Below, in pieces: positions 51,343 to 60,663 of a stretch of DNA of 64,000 bases (the first letter of the stretch is position 1; each line of letters begins with the position of its first letter). Both the position numbers and the translations under genes were made by a program. The stretch spans positions 64,706 through 128,705 of the forward strand of contig JACSSC010000018.1 in NCBI GenBank assembly GCA_014879445.1. The letters are read 5' to 3'. The notes below the pieces were generated by a model. It did not search any database. It saw only the letters and a list, made by a program, of their open reading frames with translations, and was not told where the DNA came from. This DNA comes from Candidatus Competibacteraceae bacterium (lineage in GTDB: Bacteria; Bacteroidota; Bacteroidia; CAIKAF01).

Positions 51343-54300
51343 ATGAATTGGAAGTTTACCCTAAAAACAGCATTGATTTTATGCCTGTCTGCAACATCCC
51401 TTTTTTCACAAAACGTAAATTTTGAAGTTCAGCTCCGTTATTTGGGGTGGGACGGACGTGGCGACCAAAGTGGAGGTCCAGAATATACTTGGTATGCTTG
51501 GGCACGCGATAATGCCGATCCAAGTGAAACAGGTGGTACTTGTTATTACTCTGGTGACAATTTTCCAGGTGGAGGTAGCAATGGATTTGTTTCTTGTGCG
51601 CCTAACGGATTTCTTTTTGGATTAGGCACAACACTACGCACCAAAACGAACTCATCTGCCACTACAATTCTTATTCGCACCGATGCATGGGAAAAAGATT
51701 GTGCCAACAACTGTGTGTTTCAGTCCTCTTGTGGAGGTGGATTTCTTGAAGATGATGATAGGGCACAGTGTAATTCGTACGCAGTGAACTTTCGTGGTGC
51801 AGGAAGTCCCCCATGCCAATGGAATGATTATGGTGTTTTTCAATGTGGCACATTTTACTATGCTATTCGTGTACGCTGGACCTGGGCAAGCCCACCTACC
51901 ATTACTACACAACCTACCGCAGGTGGTGCCGACAGAACACTTTGTATCGGCACCCCAACCTCTCTCTCAGTTGCCGTAAACTCTGTAAATAGTCAAACAA
52001 CAGGATTGCATTATCAGTGGCAGTTTCATACTTCGACAGCCAATCCGGTTCCAACTACCAATTGCCCATCTTCTGGATGGACAGATATAGCGGGTGCTAC
52101 TTCTGCCAACTATACGCCTCCTCAAACAGCAGGAACGCGTCTTTATAGATGTTTAGTTTCATCCAACTGTACACCCGATTTTTCTATAGCTTCTTTGGTT
52201 ACTGCGTCTGAGTGTGTCAGGGTAACGTATCATCCATATTCTCCGCCTATTCAAAGTGCTATCTGTAATAGCTCCGCTGTGGCCAATACGCCTTATATGT
52301 TTTCTGCATTACTGCCGCCTGGAGCAGATGCCAGCGTGAATGAATCTGGATTTATTTGGACTGTTACCCCATCAGCGGGTGTAGTAATAAGTAACCCAAC
52401 CGCATCTTCAACAAGTATTACATTCCCTGGCAATGGAGCATATACCATAACACTTACAACTCAGGATGCTTGTGCCGCAGCTGATGCTACATCTACATGT
52501 AGTGTAGCTATTGCCGATAATGCATGTGATTTGATATATGTCGCACCTTTTCCTGTCGGCAATGATGCCAATCTGGGATATATCAATGCGCCTGTTGCTA
52601 CGCTATACAGAGCGCTTCAATTGGCCTCTGGCACTCGAACTATTATTCGTATGCAGGCCGGTACTTACACAGAAGTGAATATCGCTAATATGAAAGCCAA
52701 CGTGGTTGTGGACGGCGGATACAATGCCTCTTGGGTAAAATCTAGCGCTATCGGACAAACGACGATAAATTTTGGAAATACCTGTTATGAGAGTATTAGC
52801 AACGACATTCAACATGTGGTAGGCATCAAAGCCGACAACGTAAACAACTGGACATTACAAGATTTGACTATTAACATAGCAGCCACAACAGGAACAACAC
52901 CCAGTGGTAATGGCCGTTCTAATTACGGCTTATTGGTTAGAAATTCAACTGGATATAGTGTAGTGCGTTGTTCTATCAATTCAGGCAATGCAACGGCTGG
53001 TTCAAATGGCGTAAATGGCAGTAACGGGAATGCCGGTTCAGGTGGTGGGAATGGAACAAGGGGAAACTCAACGGTTCCTTTTCTTTGTGGGAATGATTCG
53101 TACGGAACAGGGGGGGGTGGCGGTGCTGCCGGTACAGGAGGAGCAAATGCGCCTGTTATTGGTGGTAGTGCAGGGAATGGTGGTGCCGGAGGGAGTGGCG
53201 GAGTTGGTGGCGACGATGATGGCGGTGATGGTTCATGTGATAATACCCCTTCGCAACCGGGTATTGTTGGATCGGCATCTCCGGCAGCTTGCTCAACCCC
53301 TGGTGGTTCGGCGGGTGCAAAAGGAGCTTGTGATAACAATAATGGCCCAACGCCTTATGGGGGCGCAGGAGGGTATGGCACACACGGTACTGCCGGTGCC
53401 AATGGAACAACGATAGCTGCCAGTTATACATCCGGATATTATTTACCTTCTTATGGAACAAATGGTACTGCCGGCTGCGGTGGCGGTGGCGGTGGCGGTG
53501 GCGGTGGCGCCGATAAAGATTATGACGGATGCGATGGTACCGGCGGCGGCGGTGGCGGTGGCGGCGGCGGCGGCGGCGGCGGCGGTGCCGGATCTGGTGC
53601 TCGTGGTGGGGGTTCTACTTTTGCTGTATTCAATTTTAATTCTTCAGGAAATTTAGCCGACTGTTTGCTCAATACCGGTAATGCCGGTAACGGCGGAACA
53701 GGTGGAACAGGCGGAACGGGTGGTGCCGGCGGTGCTGGTGGTGTTGGAGGAGGTCGTACTAATGGTACATACAGTAATCCACCCTTCCCATATACTGCTT
53801 TTCCCGGTAGTCCTTTTGGTGCGCCATGTCAGAATGGAGATCCTGACTGTAATGCCGGAGGTATGGGTGGACCAGGGGGTAATGGCGGTGCCGGAGGTGC
53901 CGGTGGAGCCGGCGGAAATGGCGTGCGCTATGCTATTGGCAGTCGCGATGGGTTGGGTAATGCCATCACTTCTCAACCCACTATGACAGGATTTGCACTT
54001 ACCATTAATAGCTCTGTAAATGGAGGTGCTACACCCAATACACTTACTATTACAACCGATTATGTGGGGTTGGGCAAAGGTTGCACCAATTCACAAATTG
54101 AAATTACACGTAATGGTGCAGGCAACTGGACTTTGCCAGGTGGTGCCGGCTACGTTAATAATGTGAATAATACTACATCTACATATAATAATACAACTTC
54201 TCCGGCAAGAATCTACTATACCAATACAGGGGTATTTGATGTAAACGCTGGAGGAACCTTATACCGTGGAGAACATAGAATTTATACATCACGCCCGGCT

Positions 54301-56853
54301 CCTGTTATTACAGTAAGCGATGATACCATTTGTTCGGGAGCGGCTGTTACTATTTTCCACACCAATCCATTTGGCAATGAAGTGGATTATGACTGGCGAA
54401 TATTTACAACCAGCGCTGAAACACCTTTACAAACAAGCAATTTGGCATCGCCAAGCTTTACGCTCACAGCGGCCAGCCCTACGGTTTATAGAATCTATTT
54501 TTCTGTGAAGGAACAATGTTGCGGATGGTCCATCCCGGCTTATGCCGAAGTGGTAGTTAATCCGCCAGCCAATGTGCCAACTACTCCTTCTGGCCTTACT
54601 ATTCTTTGTCAAGGAGCTACGCCAACTAACTATACAACTTCTGCCGACCCCAATGCGTTAGGGTTTGTTTGGTCTGTTACTTCGCCCAATGCCGCTAGTG
54701 GTTCTGGCACAACAGGCACGATAACCTGGGATCCTGGATTTGAGGGAGGCGCACAGGTTTGTGTGCAGGCCATCGGTTGTAATGGACTAACGGCACCTGC
54801 TTGTCTTGATGTGAATGTTAGTAAAAATGTTTCAACACCCACTATTCTTTCTGGCCCATCTGATGGATGCATCGGCGGAGGTATTGATACCGTTATTGCC
54901 TTTTCTTCAAATGCTACAGGATACACTTGGAACATTTCCGGAGTGGGCAACTCGATAACCAATATTGGTATTGGAGACACAGCTATTGTAAGCTGGGGAG
55001 CAACTTATACCGGTACTGCATTGATATGTGTTTCGGCCAATGGATGTAATGGGCCAAGTCCACAGGCCTGTATTTCTACAAATATCTTAGATGCTGTTGC
55101 TAGTCCAACCACTCCTTCAGGTATTCTGAGTCGCTGTCAGGGTGCTGGAACGGATGTATATATTAGTTCAGCTACCAACGCTTCTGCTTTCCAATGGACA
55201 ATTTCTGGATCCGGCAATGCTATCATAGATACTACATTTACTGGTTCAACCACTGTTACATGGGATGCCAATTTTGCAGGTACTGCACAGGTTTGTGTCT
55301 CTGCGCTTGGCTGTGCGGGTCCTACGAGTTGGGTTTGTCAGGATGTGGTAGTAGTGAGCACGGTACAAACACCTAGCATACCTGCAGGGACCATCGTTAG
55401 ATGTATAGGTGCCGGAAGTGATACGTATATCACCTCAGCCATTGGAGCAAGCAGCTATGTTTGGAGCATAAGTCCTCCTGCTGCCGGCACAATTTCGCCT
55501 ACCGGTGATGTAACATGGTCGCCTATTTGGTCGGGCATTGCTACTATATCGGTTTTTGCAAATGGTTGTAATGGACCAAGTGCATCTGCTTCAGTAGATG
55601 TTGAAACCATTACTACCCAACCGCTGCCTGTAGCCCCTTCAGGAACGCTTCAGCGTTGTCAGGGCATGGGTGCCGATAATTATAACACATCATCGGCAGG
55701 TGCAACGTCCTTTATTTGGTCGCTTGTTCCATCGAGTGCTGGAACGATTGCCGGCACTACGGATAATATTACGGTAAACTGGGATCCCGCTTTCTCAGGA
55801 ACAGTATCTGTATGTGTTCGTGCAGTAGGTTGCGATACTACCAATCAGGTTTGCACAACGGTTACTGTTGATCCCCAACCGGCACAACCTACCATTACTG
55901 CGAACGGCCCTACTACGTTCTGTCAGGGAGGAAGCGTTATCCTCAATTCAAGTAGTGCAACCAGCAACCAATGGCTGCCAAACGGAGAAACAACAGCATT
56001 TATCACAGCTACGCAAACCGGCGTATATGCTGTAGTCGTGACGGGTGCTAATGGCTGTACCAATGTGTCAGATAATCTATTTGTGAATGTAAGTCCAGGC
56101 CAACTTTCTGCTACCATTAATGGTCCAGATACGGTTTGTGCAGGCGATAACTTTAACCTGACGGCCAATTCTGCCAAAACCTATGAGTGGAATACGGGTG
56201 CATCAACACAAAGTATTCCTCTCAGTATTAGCACGCCATCAAGTTATACCGTCACAATTACTGATGACTACAACTGTATAGCTACGGCTACTCATACTGT
56301 TGCATTATACCCTTGGCCTAATTCTGTTGACGATCAGGAAACAACCAATTTCAATACACCCATTACTTTAAGCGTGTTGCAAAACGATATTGGAACTGGA
56401 ACACTTTCAATCCTGAATCCACCAGTTAACGGCACTGTAGTGATTAATGGCGCTGATATCGTTTATACACCCAATGCAGAATTCAGTGGCACTGATCAGT
56501 TTACATACATCCTCTGTTCTTCACAGTGTATTACACAATGCGATACGGCTACGGTTACAATCATTGTTCGAAACTCACTACTTATTCCTAATGGATTTAG
56601 CCCGAATGGTGATGGCGTAAATGACCTGTTCGAAATTGTGGGCTTAGATAATTTCCCCAATAACGAACTGCTCATTCTAAACAGATGGGGCGATGCTGTT
56701 TATTCGGCGGCTCCGTACAACAACGATTGGGATGGAACAAGTAATACCGGAATTGGTGGTTCGGGTCGCCTTACTGACGGCACTTACTTCTTTGTGTTTA
56801 AAACATCTCCGGATGCCGATGCCATTACCGGTTATATTGAATTAAAACGATAA
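51343..56853 (+). CDS. giant T9SS type-B (gliding-motility-associated CTD) surface protein/adhesin
   Basis: Signal peptide; Ig/PKD-like domains; beta-helix-like region; Gly-rich block; C-terminal IPNGFSPNGDGVND...NRWG...WDG...GTYF...G.IELKR. Confidence 0.9.
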   Translation: MNWKFTLKTALILCLSATSLFSQNVNFEVQLRYLGWDGRGDQSGGPEYTWYAWARDNADPSETGGTCYYSGDNFPGGGSNGFVSCAPNGFLFGLGTTLRTKTNSSATTILIRTDAWEKDCANNCVFQSSCGGGFLEDDDRAQCNSYAVNFRGAGSPPCQWNDYGVFQCGTFYYAIRVRWTWASPPTITTQPTAGGADRTLCIGTPTSLSVAVNSVNSQTTGLHYQWQFHTSTANPVPTTNCPSSGWTDIAGATSANYTPPQTAGTRLYRCLVSSNCTPDFSIASLVTASECVRVTYHPYSPPIQSAICNSSAVANTPYMFSALLPPGADASVNESGFIWTVTPSAGVVISNPTASSTSITFPGNGAYTITLTTQDACAAADATSTCSVAIADNACDLIYVAPFPVGNDANLGYINAPVATLYRALQLASGTRTIIRMQAGTYTEVNIANMKANVVVDGGYNASWVKSSAIGQTTINFGNTCYESISNDIQHVVGIKADNVNNWTLQDLTINIAATTGTTPSGNGRSNYGLLVRNSTGYSVVRCSINSGNATAGSNGVNGSNGNAGSGGGNGTRGNSTVPFLCGNDSYGTGGGGGAAGTGGANAPVIGGSAGNGGAGGSGGVGGDDDGGDGSCDNTPSQPGIVGSASPAACSTPGGSAGAKGACDNNNGPTPYGGAGGYGTHGTAGANGTTIAASYTSGYYLPSYGTNGTAGCGGGGGGGGGGADKDYDGCDGTGGGGGGGGGGGGGGGAGSGARGGGSTFAVFNFNSSGNLADCLLNTGNAGNGGTGGTGGTGGAGGAGGVGGGRTNGTYSNPPFPYTAFPGSPFGAPCQNGDPDCNAGGMGGPGGNGGAGGAGGAGGNGVRYAIGSRDGLGNAITSQPTMTGFALTINSSVNGGATPNTLTITTDYVGLGKGCTNSQIEITRNGAGNWTLPGGAGYVNNVNNTTSTYNNTTSPARIYYTNTGVFDVNAGGTLYRGEHRIYTSRPAPVITVSDDTICSGAAVTIFHTNPFGNEVDYDWRIFTTSAETPLQTSNLASPSFTLTAASPTVYRIYFSVKEQCCGWSIPAYAEVVVNPPANVPTTPSGLTILCQGATPTNYTTSADPNALGFVWSVTSPNAASGSGTTGTITWDPGFEGGAQVCVQAIGCNGLTAPACLDVNVSKNVSTPTILSGPSDGCIGGGIDTVIAFSSNATGYTWNISGVGNSITNIGIGDTAIVSWGATYTGTALICVSANGCNGPSPQACISTNILDAVASPTTPSGILSRCQGAGTDVYISSATNASAFQWTISGSGNAIIDTTFTGSTTVTWDANFAGTAQVCVSALGCAGPTSWVCQDVVVVSTVQTPSIPAGTIVRCIGAGSDTYITSAIGASSYVWSISPPAAGTISPTGDVTWSPIWSGIATISVFANGCNGPSASASVDVETITTQPLPVAPSGTLQRCQGMGADNYNTSSAGATSFIWSLVPSSAGTIAGTTDNITVNWDPAFSGTVSVCVRAVGCDTTNQVCTTVTVDPQPAQPTITANGPTTFCQGGSVILNSSSATSNQWLPNGETTAFITATQTGVYAVVVTGANGCTNVSDNLFVNVSPGQLSATINGPDTVCAGDNFNLTANSAKTYEWNTGASTQSIPLSISTPSSYTVTITDDYNCIATATHTVALYPWPNSVDDQETTNFNTPITLSVLQNDIGTGTLSILNPPVNGTVVINGADIVYTPNAEFSGTDQFTYILCSSQCITQCDTATVTIIVRNSLLIPNGFSPNGDGVNDLFEIVGLDNFPNNELLILNRWGDAVYSAAPYNNDWDGTSNTGIGGSGRLTDGTYFFVFKTSPDADAITGYIELKR
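53474..53588 (+). repeat. GGY trinucleotide tracts encoding two poly-Gly runs
   Basis: (GGC/GGT)n in two runs separated by ADKDYDGCDGT, in frame within the giant protein. Confidence 0.85.
54560..55880 (+). repeat. five tandem ~85-90 aa Cys-containing PKD/Ig-like protein repeats
   Basis: Recurring P.G....C.G.....Y.......A..F/Y.W.....G......V.W...F.G.A.VCV.A.GC; boundaries approximate. Confidence 0.75.
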
Positions 56854-56873
56854 CCCTTTAATCCGACATAATT

Positions 56874-57824
56874 ATGAAAAAGATACTAAATAAATCATGG
56901 ATTGCCGGACTGCTTCTTGCCGGATATACAACTACTTCAATTCAGGCGCAGGACATGCCTCATTTTACAATGTATTTCATTCAGCCCAGCATAATCAATC
57001 CTGCGGCTATGACAACATTTGAAAATATAAATGGGGCATTCTTCTTCAATAAACAAATGTTGGGCTTCGAAAAAAGTCCGATGGTGGGGCTGCTTGATTT
57101 AGGAATTCCGGTTGCTAAAACGAATTTTTATGTAGGATTTCAGGCCAGTCAAGACCGCATAGGGGTAACCACATATTCCATTTTTACTGGCAACTTTGCA
57201 TATCGTATTCGCCTTAATATGAAGCATTATCTTTCGTTTGGCTTAGGCGTTTCGGCTAAACTTACTAATGCCAATTTTACTGAAGCGCCTATCGTAAACC
57301 CCAACGACCCCGTGTTTTACCAAAATGCTGACGCCATTTGGACTCCAGATATTCGTTTGGGTGCCTACTATTTCTCTGATAATGTTTATGTCGGCTTTTC
57401 TGTTGCCAATTTATTTACTAATAGCTTGTTTTTTGGAGGCACATCCCCTTCTGCCGACATCCGTGTTGACCCAAACGACATGCACTTTTATCTAAATGGC
57501 GGTTGGCAAAAAAAGCTGGGTCGTAATTGGAAAATTATGCCATCTGCCTTGATGAGAATAAGCCCTGGAGCCCCTATTCAGTTTGATATTAATGCCATGG
57601 CATTGTTCAAAGAACAATTCGGCTTCGGAATTAACTACCGAACTACAACTACACTAGGAGCAACCATTTATTACCAGCTTAACAAATTTTTGGTATTTGG
57701 ATATTCCGTTAATCTGGGTTTGAAATTCAATGACCAAGCCAACTTTACAGGACACGAAGCGATGATTGCTTTTCGAGTCCGAAACAATAAAAAAATCATT
57801 CCTGTGGATATTCCACGTTTCTAA
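56874..57824 (+). CDS. PorP/SprF family T9SS outer-membrane protein
   Basis: QD.P.FT.Y.....INPA N-terminus, H.Y..GG, PS.L.R, GYS...HE; directly downstream of a type-B cargo. Confidence 0.88.
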   Translation: MKKILNKSWIAGLLLAGYTTTSIQAQDMPHFTMYFIQPSIINPAAMTTFENINGAFFFNKQMLGFEKSPMVGLLDLGIPVAKTNFYVGFQASQDRIGVTTYSIFTGNFAYRIRLNMKHYLSFGLGVSAKLTNANFTEAPIVNPNDPVFYQNADAIWTPDIRLGAYYFSDNVYVGFSVANLFTNSLFFGGTSPSADIRVDPNDMHFYLNGGWQKKLGRNWKIMPSALMRISPGAPIQFDINAMALFKEQFGFGINYRTTTTLGATIYYQLNKFLVFGYSVNLGLKFNDQANFTGHEAMIAFRVRNNKKIIPVDIPRF

Positions 57825-57853
57825 ATTTTTACCCTTATATCTAATTTGATAAT

Positions 57854-59755
57854 ATGAAAAAATTTATTCTTTGTTTAATGATTGCTTTAGGTGGCAACAC
57901 GGCACACAGTCAGGCGTTAGCTATCGAAGAAGCCAATATGTTATTTGATGGCGGTGAATATAAATCAGCCCTTGAATATTTTCAATCTTTGGTTTCTCAA
58001 TCTAAAAAACCCGATACCGACTGGCTTTATAAAATTGGCGAATGTTACCGCAAACTGAAAAATTATTCTAAAGCCGAACAGTATTTTTCTGGACTACTTG
58101 ACAATAAAGATGTGCCTAATGAAATGTATTTATTTTATGGCCACGTGTTGCGTTATCTTGGCAATCAGAAAGACGCATTGGCGATGTATGAAAAGTACAA
58201 CACACTACAACCCGGCCATCCTTCTATTAAAAATTACATGGAAGGTTGTCGCTTTGCTATGCAAAACACCTCTAATAACCCAGATTATGCTGTTGATCAA
58301 ACCAACCTGTCGGTTGATGGACTTCATTTGGGAGCAACCCGATTGAACAATGGCATTGTTTTTTCTAAACCTTCAGCCGTAAGAGATGAAAAAACCAAAG
58401 TCACCTACCAAAATTATCATTTGGTTTTTAGTGAATATGACGGATCTAAATTTACCGAACCTAAGACGCTGGCATCTAATATTCAATCTAACTTTTTTCT
58501 TGGAGGCCCTGCCGCTACTGCTGATGGGAAACTCTTATTTTATTCCAAGAATGATTCAGAGAAGAAGTTTTCTTCCAAAGAAAAATACGGAAAAAACAAT
58601 TTAAGCTCAGCAGGGGTAAATACACTCAATGTGTTCTATTCACACAATCAAAATGGTAATTGGTCCGATCCTATTTCTTTAAATATTAATAGTGCCGAAT
58701 ATAGTTCTACTCATCCCAATATTTCACCCGACGGAAAAAAACTAATTTTTATCAGTAATAAGCAGGGTGGAAAAGGTGGCTATGATTTGTATATGAGTTC
58801 CAAAAGTGGAGAAACATGGTCTTCGCCTGAACCGCTGAACGACTTGAACACGCCAGATGATGAAATGTTTCCCTTTTTGGCCAATGACACTACGTTGTAT
58901 TTTTCATCAACCGGACATATTGGCTTTGGTGGGTCAGACATTTTTGTTTCTATCAAGCGAAATGGAAAATGGAGCAAGCCCCAAAATATGGGTAGAGGCA
59001 TTAATAGCGAAAAAGATGATTTCGGATTAATCGTTTGGGAAGGTAGAAAGGGATTCCTTGCATCCAATCGCAATGCAGAACCGGGCAATGATGACTTCTT
59101 TTCGTTCGAAAAGGTAATTCATTATAAGAAAGGAAAAGGAACTGTAATTGACGAACTTACACTCGCCAAAATGAGTGATGTAACTATTGAGGTATATGAC
59201 GAAGATGGCAATTTGGTTGGTACCGTTGTAACCGATAAAAATGGTAATTACGATTTCAGCCAGTTTGATCCCGATAAAAAATATACCGTAAAGGCAAAGA
59301 AAAAAGGATATAAGGATGTGGAGATTGATGTTGATCCCGCTACAACCGATCTCAATAATCTTAGCATTAAAATGGAACCCATAGTGGAGAAGAATGTGGT
59401 ATTTACCTTCAACGATATCCTATTTGAATATGGCAAAGCTGACCTTATGTCTGCATCCATGGAAATTCTTGACCGCTTGGCCGATTTGTTGGTAAAAAAT
59501 CCTAAGGCAAGTGTTGAGTTAAGTGCACATACCGATTCACGTGGCTCAGATCAGGCCAATGCTACTCTGTCTCAAAAACGTGCCGAGTCATCAGTCAATT
59601 ATTTGATTGGAAAAGGCGTTAAAAAGGAGCAATTAGTTGCAAAAGGATATGGCGAAACTCAATTGAAGAATAAGTGCAAAAATGGAGTAACTTGCTCTGA
59701 AGAAGAACATGCAGTTAACCGCCGTGTCGAAATTAAAGTTCTCGACGTAAAATAA
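57854..59755 (+). CDS. PorE-like OmpA family protein (TPR + PD40 propeller + carboxypeptidase-regulatory-like + OmpA_C)
   Basis: N-terminal TPR, SPDGKKLIFIS/GGYDLY PD40 repeats, HTDSRG..N..LSQKRA...GYGE...NRRVE. Confidence 0.88.
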   Translation: MKKFILCLMIALGGNTAHSQALAIEEANMLFDGGEYKSALEYFQSLVSQSKKPDTDWLYKIGECYRKLKNYSKAEQYFSGLLDNKDVPNEMYLFYGHVLRYLGNQKDALAMYEKYNTLQPGHPSIKNYMEGCRFAMQNTSNNPDYAVDQTNLSVDGLHLGATRLNNGIVFSKPSAVRDEKTKVTYQNYHLVFSEYDGSKFTEPKTLASNIQSNFFLGGPAATADGKLLFYSKNDSEKKFSSKEKYGKNNLSSAGVNTLNVFYSHNQNGNWSDPISLNINSAEYSSTHPNISPDGKKLIFISNKQGGKGGYDLYMSSKSGETWSSPEPLNDLNTPDDEMFPFLANDTTLYFSSTGHIGFGGSDIFVSIKRNGKWSKPQNMGRGINSEKDDFGLIVWEGRKGFLASNRNAEPGNDDFFSFEKVIHYKKGKGTVIDELTLAKMSDVTIEVYDEDGNLVGTVVTDKNGNYDFSQFDPDKKYTVKAKKKGYKDVEIDVDPATTDLNNLSIKMEPIVEKNVVFTFNDILFEYGKADLMSASMEILDRLADLLVKNPKASVELSAHTDSRGSDQANATLSQKRAESSVNYLIGKGVKKEQLVAKGYGETQLKNKCKNGVTCSEEEHAVNRRVEIKVLDVK

Positions 59756-59877
59756 TTCGCACCAACGGAAGCATTTTTTTATTAAGAGTTGTCGAAGGGC
59801 TATTCTCATCCTGATGTAGTTATGTGCAAAAATTTAGCTATTATAGCTGCTTAATTGTACTATTATATTTAATTCGG

Positions 59878-60609
59878 ATGAAAAAAAATATCATTGTAAC
59901 CGGCGCTGCTAAAGGTATTGGTTTGGCCATTACTACTCGACTTGTATCTGATGGATATTTTGTGATTGCTGTTGATATGGACAAAGAGGCCGGCGGCAAG
60001 TTGCAACAATCTTTTGGAGAAAATCTCTTTTTTTATACACTCGATATCAGTTCTGAAATAGATGTTTCTTCGTTCTTTAATCATCTTGATCAAGAATATG
60101 GATCGCTTTATGGTATTGTTAATAATGCCGGCATCATTCGTGATAACATGATTTGGAATATGCCTACAGATGATTTTGATTCGGTAATCCAAATCAATCT
60201 TAAAGGAACATGGATGATGTGTAAAGAAGCGGCTATACGCATGAAAAAACAACAAGAAGGAAGGATTGTAAATATTGCATCACGTGCTTGGCTTGGTAAT
60301 CGTGGACAAAGTAATTATTCAGCATCTAAAGCCGGAGTTGTAGGGCTTACACGTGTGTTGGCTCTAGAACTAGGCAAATACAATGTATTAGCCAATGCCA
60401 TTGCTCCTGGCTTGATAGACACACCCATGACACAAAGTTTAACGCCCGAAGTTCTTCAAAAACTTATTGATGCACAACCTACTCGCAGCATAGGGCACCC
60501 CGACGATATTGCACAGGCCGTTGCATTTCTCCTACATTCGCAAACGCGCTTTATTACAGGTCAAACCCTGTATGTTGACGGTGGAAAAAGCATTGGCGCT
60601 GGTACCTGA
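59878..60609 (+). CDS. SDR family oxidoreductase (FabG-like)
   Basis: TGAAKGIG, NNAGIIRD, YSASK, PGLIDT; Asp at the end of beta2 (VD) suggests NAD preference. Confidence 0.88.
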   Translation: MKKNIIVTGAAKGIGLAITTRLVSDGYFVIAVDMDKEAGGKLQQSFGENLFFYTLDISSEIDVSSFFNHLDQEYGSLYGIVNNAGIIRDNMIWNMPTDDFDSVIQINLKGTWMMCKEAAIRMKKQQEGRIVNIASRAWLGNRGQSNYSASKAGVVGLTRVLALELGKYNVLANAIAPGLIDTPMTQSLTPEVLQKLIDAQPTRSIGHPDDIAQAVAFLLHSQTRFITGQTLYVDGGKSIGAGT

Positions 60610-60630
60610 GTCGCCTGCTTCAATTTTTCT

Positions 60631-60638
60631 TATCTTTG
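60631..60638 (+). promoter_or_regulatory. -7 promoter element (TATCTTTG) upstream of the molybdoenzyme genes
   Basis: Exact TAnnTTTG match 26 nt before the ATG at 60664. Confidence 0.55.
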
Positions 60639-60663
60639 ATTGATTTTTTTATTCGCAGCAGAC

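Noticed and set aside
53474-53588. GGC tracts as a CRISPR array or on/off phase-variation switch
   Set aside because: There is no repeat-spacer structure, and triplet repeats keep the reading frame; they simply encode poly-Gly.
52923-53986. Several 100-140 aa alternative-frame and antisense ORFs
   Set aside because: They are shadows of the GC-rich, stop-poor Gly codons in the giant protein.
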